Shown in pieces: positions 47,168 to 55,987 of a stretch of DNA of 64,000 bases. The DNA is from an uncultured Granulosicoccaceae bacterium. GTDB lineage: Bacteria; Pseudomonadota; Gammaproteobacteria; Granulosicoccales; Granulosicoccaceae. The position numbers and the translations under genes are program-made. The notes beneath the pieces are model-generated. The model saw only the letters and a program-made list of their open reading frames with translations, did no database searches and was not told the DNA's origin. The first letter of the stretch is position 1; every line of letters starts with the position of its first letter. The stretch lies in NCBI GenBank assembly GCA_964550655.1, contig CAZKAQ010000001.1:16536-80535 (forward strand), given 5' to 3'.

Positions 47168-48460
47168 CTATTCAGGCGGGTGGTTGGCACAGGTAATTGC
47201 TGCATGATGCAATGCATTGTCGGTGAGTTGAAAATCTTCGTTTGTCAGTGCAAGGCTCGGGTAGGTTTTGCCGGGAGATTTAAAAATGCCATGCTGGCGC
47301 AGTGTCTTATTGAATAACTGATGGATTGCGGTGTCTGCTTTGATGGTGGTGCGATAATCTGTGACCGGGGTGTTGGTGAAGAGCACGTCAAACAGCGTTG
47401 GATCACCGGTAATCTGATAGTTAATGCCAGTCGGGTCGAGGTGTTTTTTTACCAATGCCTGCACGCGTTCGCCATTGTTAATCAGTTTATCGTAGTTTCC
47501 GTCTCTCTTTAGTATTTGCATTGTTTTAAGGCCGGCCACGGCTGCCACCGGATTACCGGATAACGTGCCAAGCTGCATTAAAAAACGATCACCGGCAATG
47601 GACTTATCAAAGTGTGTCATGATTTCTTTGCTTGAAGCCAGTGCAGCAAGTGGAAAGCCACCACCAATGATTTTGCCCAGTGTGCAAATATCGGGAACCA
47701 CTCCATAGCGTTCCTGCGCACCACCATAGGCTAGTCTGAAGCCGGTAACTATTTCATCAAAGATCAACAGAATTGAACGCTTGTTACACTCTTCACGCAG
47801 TGACTGCAGAAATCCCTGCTGTGGCGGGACAATACGTTGCAGTGGTTCGACGATCACCGCTGCTACCTGGTTCGGGTGTTCATCGAGAATGGCACTAACC
47901 GATTCTATATCGTTGAAAGGTGCAATGAGCATTTCATCGGCAACGGTTTGAGGAATGCCGGCGCTGTCGGGTACGGCCTGTGGGAAATTAGCTAAAATAT
48001 TTGGTGCGAGACTCATCTGTGCCTCTGCTGACATGCCGTGGTAGCCGCCTTCAAACTTTAAGATTTTACTGCGCCCTGTATAGGCGCGGGCTAATCGTAA
48101 TGCGTACATATCAGCTTCACCACCGGAGGTGACATAGCGCACCTGTTCTGCACAGGGTACTGCTTTGCAAATTTCTTCTGCCAGTTCAACACTCGCACTG
48201 TTGTTGGCAAAGAAGGTCAGGCCTTTGCCCAGTTGAGTGTTAACTGCATCCAGTACCTCAGGATGACCATGGCCGAGTAACATCGGGCCGGAGCCTATAA
48301 GGTAGTCGATGTACTCTTTACCGTTCTCGTCAATTACTCTTGAACCCAACCCTTCGCGAATGAAAATTTCAGGATCAAAATTGCCTAGTCCTCCTGCCGG
48401 CAGCACTTGTCGGGCGCGCTTAATCCAATGATTATTCGATTCATTCATAATGGCAGTCAT
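47168..48460 (-). CDS. Class-III PLP aminotransferase (glutamate-1-semialdehyde aminomutase-like paralog)
   Basis: 'GGYHG' and 'FDEIVTGFRLAYGGAQERYGVVPDICTLGKIIGGGFPLAA' (PLP lysine in LGK). ATGA overlap with the upstream enolase-superfamily gene. Confidence 0.85.
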   Translation of the reverse strand: MTAIMNESNNHWIKRARQVLPAGGLGNFDPEIFIREGLGSRVIDENGKEYIDYLIGSGPMLLGHGHPEVLDAVNTQLGKGLTFFANNSASVELAEEICKAVPCAEQVRYVTSGGEADMYALRLARAYTGRSKILKFEGGYHGMSAEAQMSLAPNILANFPQAVPDSAGIPQTVADEMLIAPFNDIESVSAILDEHPNQVAAVIVEPLQRIVPPQQGFLQSLREECNKRSILLIFDEIVTGFRLAYGGAQERYGVVPDICTLGKIIGGGFPLAALASSKEIMTHFDKSIAGDRFLMQLGTLSGNPVAAVAGLKTMQILKRDGNYDKLINNGERVQALVKKHLDPTGINYQITGDPTLFDVLFTNTPVTDYRTTIKADTAIHQLFNKTLRQHGIFKSPGKTYPSLALTNEDFQLTDNALHHAAITCANHPPE

Positions 48461-49560
48461 TGTAGAGTAAGTTGTGCATCTGCGAGCAGGTCGGCGTTCG
48501 GTGTGATGCCGTGTCCGGGAGTATCGCTGATGGTAATGCTGCCGTTCTTACGTTCCGGTCCGGTATTGTCCAGTCGTGGTGAAACATAGCCGGACAAGTC
48601 ACAAACATTCATTACATTATCTGCCGGAGTTGCAGTGGCAAGGTGAATCGCGGTGGCGGTGGTTATATCAGAACCCCATGTGTCTTCTATACACATTTTG
48701 GCTCCGAGGTGTAGACATAGATCCCGTGCACGTCGCATTGCGCTCAAGCCACCGAATTTAGATAACTTGAGTGCAACAGCATCCATGCAGCCCAGGTTAT
48801 GGGCTTGTAGTAATGATGCCGTGTCATGTGCGCTTTCGTCGATTTTCATTGCCAGCCCGGTTGCATTCTTAACAGCAGAGCACTGCTCCAGTGTGCGGCA
48901 TGGTTGTTCTAGCATGATGTCGTGTTGTGCAACGGCTCTTGCAACCCGTGTGGCATCGAGTTGGCTTGCACCACAATTCCAGTCACCATAGACCAGTGGT
49001 CCTTCACCGACTGCTTCGCGAACTTTGATCAGCCTGCGTACATCCTGCTGCCAGTTGTTGTCGGCACCAAGCTTTGCCTGAAATTGTGAGATTCCCTGTT
49101 GTTGTGCTGCAACGGCCATTTCTGCCATTGCATCCGGATCGATACAAGTGATTGAATGATAGAGAGGCAGCGTTTTATTGAGTCTGCCACCCAACAGACG
49201 ATACAGCGGCAGGTTAGCGGCTTTGGCAGTGATATCCCATAAGGCGGTGTCTATAGCGGATTTTGCATAGCGATGACCCTGCAAATGCTGCTCAAGTGTA
49301 TGCATCAGTGCTTCAGGTCCGAGCGGATCAGCACCGATAATAAGCGCTGACATTTCTTTTACTGCCGGAGCCACACCATTGGCGTAAGCCGGAAGATAAT
49401 GTGGAATAGGGCAGACCTCTCCCCATCCGGTAATACCTTCATCGGTTTCAAGTGCGATAACAATAGTATCTACTGTATCGCAGGTCTTGCCGTCCGCCAT
49501 GTAGTAGGTTTCATGGCTCGATAAGGGCAACTGCCAGAGTTTAATTTTGTTGATTTGCAT
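48457..49560 (-). CDS. Enolase-superfamily enzyme (mandelate racemase/muconate lactonizing enzyme family)
   Basis: The N-terminal capping domain begins 'MQINKIKLWQLPL'. 'GWGE' is present, with metal-ligand-like positions in 'YGDWN', 'MLEQP' and 'KIDES', and 'ALKLSKFGG'. I prefer the ATG at 49560 over the track's TTG at 49581. Confidence 0.85.
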   Translation of the reverse strand: MQINKIKLWQLPLSSHETYYMADGKTCDTVDTIVIALETDEGITGWGEVCPIPHYLPAYANGVAPAVKEMSALIIGADPLGPEALMHTLEQHLQGHRYAKSAIDTALWDITAKAANLPLYRLLGGRLNKTLPLYHSITCIDPDAMAEMAVAAQQQGISQFQAKLGADNNWQQDVRRLIKVREAVGEGPLVYGDWNCGASQLDATRVARAVAQHDIMLEQPCRTLEQCSAVKNATGLAMKIDESAHDTASLLQAHNLGCMDAVALKLSKFGGLSAMRRARDLCLHLGAKMCIEDTWGSDITTATAIHLATATPADNVMNVCDLSGYVSPRLDNTGPERKNGSITISDTPGHGITPNADLLADAQLTLQ

Positions 49561-49577
49561 GGTGCTCTGCCTGCTGG

Positions 49578-52022
49578 TCAAATAGTGTCTGATCGAGGCA
49601 GTTTGCTTTCAGGATCATAGGCGGCTTCTTTGAGTACCACCGCATCTCGTTCTGCACCTGCGATAATGACTTTAAGTTTGGTTCCAGGTGTCGCAGCAAC
49701 GGGACGTATATAGGCGAATGCCAGTATTTTCTGCACCGTGTGTGAAAACACAACAGATGCGGTAGAGCCAACAACTTTGTTTTGGTAAATGACTGCCTCG
49801 CCTCCATGTCCGTCTTCAATTCCATTGGGCTCTATTTGCAGGTAGCTACAAATCCAGGGAAGCTCACTGTCAATACTGGCTTGCGTTGCATCTTTTCCAA
49901 TAAAATCTTTATCCATTTTGACAAAGCGCATTACGTCGGCTTCAGGCAATGTCACTTCATTGGTAAGTTCCGATGCGCCTTTGAACATTTTTTCCATGCG
50001 CATAATGTTCATGGCGAATGAACCGTAGTTTACGATGTTACATGTCTGCCCGGCTTGCCAGAGTGCATCATAGATGGCCAGTAAATTCTGCCGATCGCAG
50101 TGAATCTCCCAACCGAGTTCACCTGCGTAGGAGATTCGTATGGCCCGGCAGTTTTTGTCTGAGATTTTTATTTGCTGTGCACTGAGCCAGCGGAAGCTTT
50201 TATTGTCGAGGCCAGCGTCAGTGCATGATGACAACACTGCTCGTGCCTCAGGGCCATTGATGGTGAGTGCGCCCCAGGCATCAGATAAATTCACAATACT
50301 GATGTCTTCACTGTTATGGCTACGATGCAAATGATCAAGCAGGCGTTGTTCAAAAAATGCAGCACATACCAGGTAATATTGATCAGCTGAGAAACGGATA
50401 ACTGTTGCTTCGAGCTCAATTCGCCCGCGCTGATTCAAAAAATGTGTGAGTGCAACACCGCCGTCTTTTTGTGGCAGCCGGTTGGCTATTAGCGGTTCCA
50501 GAAAACTGCCGGCATGTTTTCCGGAGACTTCCACTTTGGTGAAAGCACAAATATCCATTATGCCAACACCATTGCGTACCGCAGAGACTTCTTTAGCCAG
50601 TATCTTGTGGAGCGCATTGCGTTTAAAAGAGTAGTGGTCGCGCTGTTCTATATTGTCCGTTGCAAACCAGCGCGGTCTTTCATGACCATAGACTTCTTCA
50701 AATACTGCACCGCAGGATTTCAGTCTTTCATAAAGTGGTGAAGGTTTTACCGGCCTGCCGGCTAAACGGTTGTAGTGCGGGTATGGAATTTCATGTCGCA
50801 GACAATAGTCTTCGCGGGCTTTGATAACCTGCCATTCTTTATTGGCGTAACCGCCGAAGCGGCGCGGATCGTAGTCACGCATAGAGATATCTGCGGCGCC
50901 GTGTACGATCCATCTTGCCAGTTCGCGTGTCAGCCCGGGTCCCCAGCCGATACCGATCTGCGTACCGCAGCAACACCAGTAGTTGCTAACACCCGCAACC
51001 GGGCCAATGAGTGGATTGCCATCCGGCGGGTGCGAGATAGCGCCATGCACATCGCGTTTAATACCGAGCTCGGCGAGTATTGGCATTCTTTCCAGTGCGT
51101 TCTCAAGCCATGGCATAACACGATCATAGTCCGGCTGAAACAGTTCGTTCTCGGCTTCCCACGGACAATGGTCTTCCCACACGGTATTGGGATTTTCTTT
51201 TTCATAAATACCGATAAGGCCGGACTTTTGTTCCATACGAATGTAGCCGGATACCTTGCGGTCATCGCGTATGACCGGTAACTCTTTATCAAGTGCCTGA
51301 AACTCCGGCACTGTATCTGTCACAAAGTAGTGATGCGTCATTGAAGTCATTGGCAGTTGCAGACCGGACCACTCACCCATTTGTCGGGCATAGGTGCCGC
51401 CTGCGTTAACTACATGCTCGCAGATAATATCACCATGCTCTGTTGAGACTTTCCATTCACCTGTGTCGAGTTGTTTGATATCAGTGGCGCGGCACTGGCG
51501 AATGATTGTTGTGCCAAATTGTCGTGCGCCTGCTGCCATAGCCTGCGTTACACCGGAAGGATCAACATGGCCATCGTCCGGTGTGTAGAGTGCACCCAGT
51601 ATTCCATCAAGGTTATAGAAGGGATGTAGTGTGTGGATGAAATCGGTATCTACCAGCTCAATGTTAAACCCGAGTGATCGACCGACCGAGAGTGTGTGGC
51701 GCAGCCAGTCCATCTCGTCTTCTTCATAGGCAATCCGGAATGAACCGCAGCCGTGCCAGGTGACGCTGTGGCCGGTTTCTTTTTCCAGTGCACCGGAGTA
51801 GAGGCCAATGTTGTAGTCGACACATTTGCCGAGACTGAAGCTTGAGGTGGAGTGGGTGATCTGCCCTGCAGCATGCCAGGTGGAGCCTGATGTCAGTTCT
51901 GCTTTTTCAAGCAGGACAACATCGGTCCAGCCTTCGTGGGCAAGGTGGTAGGCGATGCCGCAGCCCATGACGCCACCGCCGACTATAACGACTCTGGCGT
52001 GTGAAGGTGGGGTAGGGTGCAT
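49578..52022 (-). CDS. Second dimethylglycine/sarcosine-dehydrogenase-like FAD + GcvT-domain protein
   Basis: 'VVIVGGGVMGCGIAYHLAHEGW', 'LTSGSTWHAAGQ', 'SYAGELGWEIH'. Length 814 aa. Confidence 0.85.
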   Translation of the reverse strand: MHPTPPSHARVVIVGGGVMGCGIAYHLAHEGWTDVVLLEKAELTSGSTWHAAGQITHSTSSFSLGKCVDYNIGLYSGALEKETGHSVTWHGCGSFRIAYEEDEMDWLRHTLSVGRSLGFNIELVDTDFIHTLHPFYNLDGILGALYTPDDGHVDPSGVTQAMAAGARQFGTTIIRQCRATDIKQLDTGEWKVSTEHGDIICEHVVNAGGTYARQMGEWSGLQLPMTSMTHHYFVTDTVPEFQALDKELPVIRDDRKVSGYIRMEQKSGLIGIYEKENPNTVWEDHCPWEAENELFQPDYDRVMPWLENALERMPILAELGIKRDVHGAISHPPDGNPLIGPVAGVSNYWCCCGTQIGIGWGPGLTRELARWIVHGAADISMRDYDPRRFGGYANKEWQVIKAREDYCLRHEIPYPHYNRLAGRPVKPSPLYERLKSCGAVFEEVYGHERPRWFATDNIEQRDHYSFKRNALHKILAKEVSAVRNGVGIMDICAFTKVEVSGKHAGSFLEPLIANRLPQKDGGVALTHFLNQRGRIELEATVIRFSADQYYLVCAAFFEQRLLDHLHRSHNSEDISIVNLSDAWGALTINGPEARAVLSSCTDAGLDNKSFRWLSAQQIKISDKNCRAIRISYAGELGWEIHCDRQNLLAIYDALWQAGQTCNIVNYGSFAMNIMRMEKMFKGASELTNEVTLPEADVMRFVKMDKDFIGKDATQASIDSELPWICSYLQIEPNGIEDGHGGEAVIYQNKVVGSTASVVFSHTVQKILAFAYIRPVAATPGTKLKVIIAGAERDAVVLKEAAYDPESKLPRSDTI

Positions 52023-52060
52023 AGAAAAATTCAGCTGGTGGTTGCTTGCGATATTAATAA

Positions 52061-52101
52061 AACATTTGTACTCTAGTCAAATATGAATCAAACAAATGTA
52101 C
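52061..52101. promoter_or_regulatory. Pair of operator-like 11-mers in the divergent promoter region / start of the rpiR-family gene
   Basis: AACATTTGTAC (52061-52071) and AACAAATGTAC (52091-52101), with centres 30 bp apart. The ACATTTGT and ACAAATGT cores are exact reverse complements, and each has an ACA-NN-TGT dyad. Confidence 0.3.
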
Positions 52102-53003
52102 CATCACCGGCATCTGAAACGCAGCCAATGGCTGGCGTGCTGACAGCGCTGACACTCGGGCTTGATGAATTTACGCCCGAGATGCGAAAAGCTGCATCCT
52201 ATGTTCTTGAGAATCCAAACAACGTAAGCGTTTCATCAATGCGCGAAATCGCAATATCGGCGAATGTAAAGCCGAACACGCTGGTTCGACTGGCCCGTTC
52301 GGTCGGTTTTGAAGGCTATGAAGATTTTCGTGAGCCGTTCCGGGAAGAGATCCGGCGTGGCAGCGTGACGTTTCCGGATCGTGCCCGCTGGCTGCAGTCG
52401 CTTGGTCAGAGTGGCAAGATCGGTGATCTCTATCGCGATATGGTGAGTAGCGCGATCAGCAATATCGAAGATTCGTTTGCCGGAATCGATGTTGAAAGCC
52501 TGAAATCTGCGGCTGAGGCTTTGCTTAAATCACGGCAGGTTTTTACCCTTGGGGTGGGTGTCAACAGCTCCAATGCGCAGAACTTTACCTATCTTGCCAG
52601 TACCGGTCTGGTGCAGTTCCATGCGATACCGCGCAATGGCAGCACGCCGGTAGATGATCTCGCATGGGCTGACCATAAAGACGTTTTGATCGCAATCACC
52701 TTAAAACCCTATCGTTCAGAAGTAGTTGAGGCCTTTACCATTGCCAAAGAACAAGGGGTTCACTGTATAGGCATCTCTGACAGTCCGGCATCTCCCATTG
52801 TTACTGCAGCTGATCACAGTTTTGTTGTATCGGCAGATACACCACAGTTTTTTCCGTCGTCGGTTTCGACTATTGCCTTGCTTGAGACGTTATTGTCTTT
52901 TGCTATTGCTATCGGGCCACCTGAAGTAGTAGAACGAGTAAAACGATTTCATGATCGCAGACATCAACTTGGTTTATATCATTCAGATACCATGTCTGAG
53001 TAA
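52083..53003 (+). CDS. MurR/RpiR-family transcriptional regulator (HTH + SIS domain)
   Basis: HTH_6-like 'VSVSSMREIAISANVKPNTLVRLARSVGFEGYEDFR' and SIS-like 'VFTLGVGVNSSNAQNF...DVLIAITLKPYRSE'. Confidence 0.85.
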   Translation: MNQTNVPSPASETQPMAGVLTALTLGLDEFTPEMRKAASYVLENPNNVSVSSMREIAISANVKPNTLVRLARSVGFEGYEDFREPFREEIRRGSVTFPDRARWLQSLGQSGKIGDLYRDMVSSAISNIEDSFAGIDVESLKSAAEALLKSRQVFTLGVGVNSSNAQNFTYLASTGLVQFHAIPRNGSTPVDDLAWADHKDVLIAITLKPYRSEVVEAFTIAKEQGVHCIGISDSPASPIVTAADHSFVVSADTPQFFPSSVSTIALLETLLSFAIAIGPPEVVERVKRFHDRRHQLGLYHSDTMSE

Positions 53004-54100
53004 TGTGTATGAATACTGATAAGCAGCTCACTCACTCACTGGATGCAAAGTACTATACCGATCCACAGATATTTAAACTCGAGCAAAACGGGCTGTTTGC
53101 ACGCACCTGGCAGTTCGCAGGCCATAGTTCTGAACTTAAAGAACCCGGTGACTATTTTACTTTTACGATCGCGGGTGAGAGCCTTTTTTGTGTTAAAACT
53201 CGCGACAATGACGTTAAAGCCTACTACAACGTCTGTCAGCATCGGGCTCATCAACTGGTGCAGGGCAAGGGCAATAACACCCTGATTGTCTGCCCTTATC
53301 ATGCGTGGACATACGAGTTAACCGGACAGTTGCGTGGCGGACCGAACACTAAATCTGTACCCGGGTTCAATCGCGAAAAAATCTGCCTGACCGAAGTACG
53401 AATTGAAAACTTCTGCGGATTTATTTTTGCCAATCTCGATCCGGACGCAGCACCGATGGATGAATGGTTTCCAAATGTACGGCGCGAATTGACAGAATAC
53501 GTACCGCACATTGAATCGCTCAAGCCCTTTGAATGGGTAGAGGTACCGGAACAATGTAACTGGAAAGTGTCTGTTGAAAACTACTCTGAATGTTATCACT
53601 GTCAGTTGAATCATCCGACTTTTGCCAATGGTATTGTCAAATCCGTCACTTACGATATTCAGCCGCAGGGATACTGTTTGCGACATACCACAGAATGTCA
53701 GAACCTCGATCAGATGACTTATCCGATTGACCTTGAGTCGAATCAACATGCCGGTCATTACTCAAGCTGGTTTTTATGGCCGATGATGTCTTTTCAGGTG
53801 TATCCGGGTAATGTGCTCAACACTTATCACTGGCGTGCTATTGATCATCAGCAAGTGATGCTTTACCGCGGTTGGTATACAACTGATGGCAGCGATGCCG
53901 ATGTTTTACAACAACTGGCAAGGCAAGACCGCGAAACCACCGTTGAAGAAGATATACATCTGGTTGAATCTGTACAGCGCGGGCTCAATAGTCGTGGTTA
54001 TGTGCCCGGACCCTTAGTTATAGATCCGCAGTGCGGTGTGCAGTCAGAGCATTCGATAGCAGCACTTCAACGCTGGATGAGAGAATCTGTTGATGACTGA
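53003..54100 (+). CDS. Rieske [2Fe-2S] non-haem-iron oxygenase, alpha subunit-like
   Basis: Rieske 'CQHRAHQL...CPYHAW' and mononuclear-iron 'ENYSECYHCQLNHP'. The start is 53003 (TAATG overlap with the regulator) or the ATG at 53009. Confidence 0.85.
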   Translation: MCMNTDKQLTHSLDAKYYTDPQIFKLEQNGLFARTWQFAGHSSELKEPGDYFTFTIAGESLFCVKTRDNDVKAYYNVCQHRAHQLVQGKGNNTLIVCPYHAWTYELTGQLRGGPNTKSVPGFNREKICLTEVRIENFCGFIFANLDPDAAPMDEWFPNVRRELTEYVPHIESLKPFEWVEVPEQCNWKVSVENYSECYHCQLNHPTFANGIVKSVTYDIQPQGYCLRHTTECQNLDQMTYPIDLESNQHAGHYSSWFLWPMMSFQVYPGNVLNTYHWRAIDHQQVMLYRGWYTTDGSDADVLQQLARQDRETTVEEDIHLVESVQRGLNSRGYVPGPLVIDPQCGVQSEHSIAALQRWMRESVDD

Positions 54101-54923
54101 GTCACTGGCAATGCCTGAGAGCTTCAGGCCCGAACATAAGCTTTTTCCGCATCAGGTCGGTTTTACCTGCCCACCCCATGACTGGGATGCTGCACCATCA
54201 GATTTTCAACGTATAAGCCCGGATACAGTTGGTGTGCATGGCTGGATGCTGCACTTACCGAACTATCGACATCAACTGCAGCAGCGCAACAATAACTTTT
54301 CAATGCTAGATGATTTTGTACAGTGTATGGCAAACAATGGTGCCGATGTCTGTGCCCAGGTTGGATCAAACTGGGTGCATGCCAGTGGCAAGGGCGTTAA
54401 CGGTATCGACGACTATTGCCGACAACTTCAAGATAAATACGGTGTGCCGTTGCACATGGCGGGTTTTGCGCTGGTAGAAGCATTGCGTGAAATGAATGTA
54501 GAAAAGGTAGCCTTGAATGCGGTCTATCACTGGCATGACTGGTGGAAGGGAACCGTCGGCTTTTTAAAAGAGGCGGGCTTTGATGTGCTCTATGCCGGTA
54601 ACTTTTATGATCAGGGATGGTTTGAAACACAGCAGCAGGTTAATGACTGTCGCTGGGTCTTTGATGCAGACCTGGTAAAAAAGAGTTTTACCTATGTTGC
54701 AGAGCAGGCACCTGAAGCTGATGTGTATCTCGCTAACGGCATGGTAAATTTCAGAACAGGGCCGAACGGACTTCCACAGCGTATGCTGCACCAGACGCCT
54801 ATGTTAGAAGATCTGCTGGGTAAGCCGGTTGTCGCTCATGACACCGCTTTGTATTGGCGAGTCTTTAAAACGCTTGGCTTAAAACCAACCGGTAATCATG
54901 GTCAGCTGTTGCAGAGTCTGTAA
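54093..54923 (+). CDS. Hypothetical protein, possibly Asp/Glu-racemase/maleate-isomerase-like fold
   Basis: Overall layout resembles the 38597-39367 family ('VEKVALNAVYH', 'EAGFDVLY', 'ADVYLANG'), but I do not see the paired catalytic Cys motifs. Its ATG overlaps the Rieske stop by 8 nt. Confidence 0.4.
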   Translation: MTESLAMPESFRPEHKLFPHQVGFTCPPHDWDAAPSDFQRISPDTVGVHGWMLHLPNYRHQLQQRNNNFSMLDDFVQCMANNGADVCAQVGSNWVHASGKGVNGIDDYCRQLQDKYGVPLHMAGFALVEALREMNVEKVALNAVYHWHDWWKGTVGFLKEAGFDVLYAGNFYDQGWFETQQQVNDCRWVFDADLVKKSFTYVAEQAPEADVYLANGMVNFRTGPNGLPQRMLHQTPMLEDLLGKPVVAHDTALYWRVFKTLGLKPTGNHGQLLQSL

Positions 54924-55669
54924 TGCATAAAATAATCGCGCTTTGGGCGGTACCACGTTCAACCAGTACTGCGTTTGAATGGATGATGCGACAACGGGGT
55001 GATTTAACCTGCCTGCATGAACCGTTTGGTGAGGCATGGTACCAGGGGGAAGCGCCGTTATGGCAACGCTTCAGGCCGGGGGATAAAACCACGCCAGGTC
55101 TCACACTTGAAAGTACCTGGGCAGAGATTAAACAGCTGGCGCAAAAAGGCCCGGTATTTATAAAAGACTTTCCTCACTACATTAACCATCTATGGGATGC
55201 AGAGTTTCTTTCTCACTTTACCCATGCGTTTCTGATTCGTGATCCTGCGTTAACTGTCACTTCAATGTATGACAAATGGCCTGACTTTGATGAAGGTGAA
55301 ACGGGGTTTCCCGAGCAGCGCGCCTTATTTGATCTGTTAACTGCTCTGCACGGCAGACCACCGCCGGTGTTTGACAGTGCTGATATTCTTGAGAACCCCG
55401 AAGCGATGGTGAGTTTGTTTTGCGATGCTGTGGGAATACCGTTTATAAAATCAGCGCTGCGCTGGGAGCCGGGTGCCGATACCGGGCAATACAGTTGGTG
55501 GGATGGTGGCTCTTTCCATCAGAACCTTAAACAGTCAACTGGCTTAACTCCGCAGAAACGCAAGTACGTGGAGCTTGATGATGCACCGGACCGGGTAGTG
55601 CAAGTGTGTCGGCGGATGTCGCCTCATTATCAACACTTGTATGCACATCGCGTTAATAGTGCGGGTTAA
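54923..55669 (+). CDS. Sulfotransferase-like P-loop protein
   Basis: N-terminal 'IALWAVPRSTSTAFEWMM' resembles the PAPS 5'-PSB loop, and 'FLIRDPALTVTS' resembles the 3'-PB motif. TAATG overlap with the upstream gene. Confidence 0.55.
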   Translation: MHKIIALWAVPRSTSTAFEWMMRQRGDLTCLHEPFGEAWYQGEAPLWQRFRPGDKTTPGLTLESTWAEIKQLAQKGPVFIKDFPHYINHLWDAEFLSHFTHAFLIRDPALTVTSMYDKWPDFDEGETGFPEQRALFDLLTALHGRPPPVFDSADILENPEAMVSLFCDAVGIPFIKSALRWEPGADTGQYSWWDGGSFHQNLKQSTGLTPQKRKYVELDDAPDRVVQVCRRMSPHYQHLYAHRVNSAG

Positions 55670-55690
55670 GCCAGACAAATCGGATCAAAC

Positions 55691-55987
55691 TTAACCTTTG
55701 TCAGGTACACGTAATTGTCGAAAAAATTCTCCTAATCCCTGAGCCTCTACAATGCTGTAGACAAAATAGGCAACAACTGCGGAAACTACGATCAGTGACA
55801 TGGACTTAAAGAGACTCACAAGCCCCGAATACTTATCCTCGTTTTCCGTGTTTGGTGCGGCAGAATTGCTTTTGGATCTGGATGAACGCCTTCGGCGAAA
55901 GCGCCTGCGATACAAGCTTCTCTTGCGTTGGCTTGTATCGTACATATTGCTTTTGGTCGACGTATTTCTACTCATACTGCTTTCCAT
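55691..55987 (-). CDS. Hypothetical small membrane protein with Arg/Ser-rich N-terminus
   Basis: 'RRRFRRRRSSRSKS', then one TM 'LIVVSAVVAYFVYSIV'. No homology recognised, and coding status is uncertain. Confidence 0.3.
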   Translation of the reverse strand: MESSMSRNTSTKSNMYDTSQRKRSLYRRRFRRRRSSRSKSNSAAPNTENEDKYSGLVSLFKSMSLIVVSAVVAYFVYSIVEAQGLGEFFRQLRVPDKG

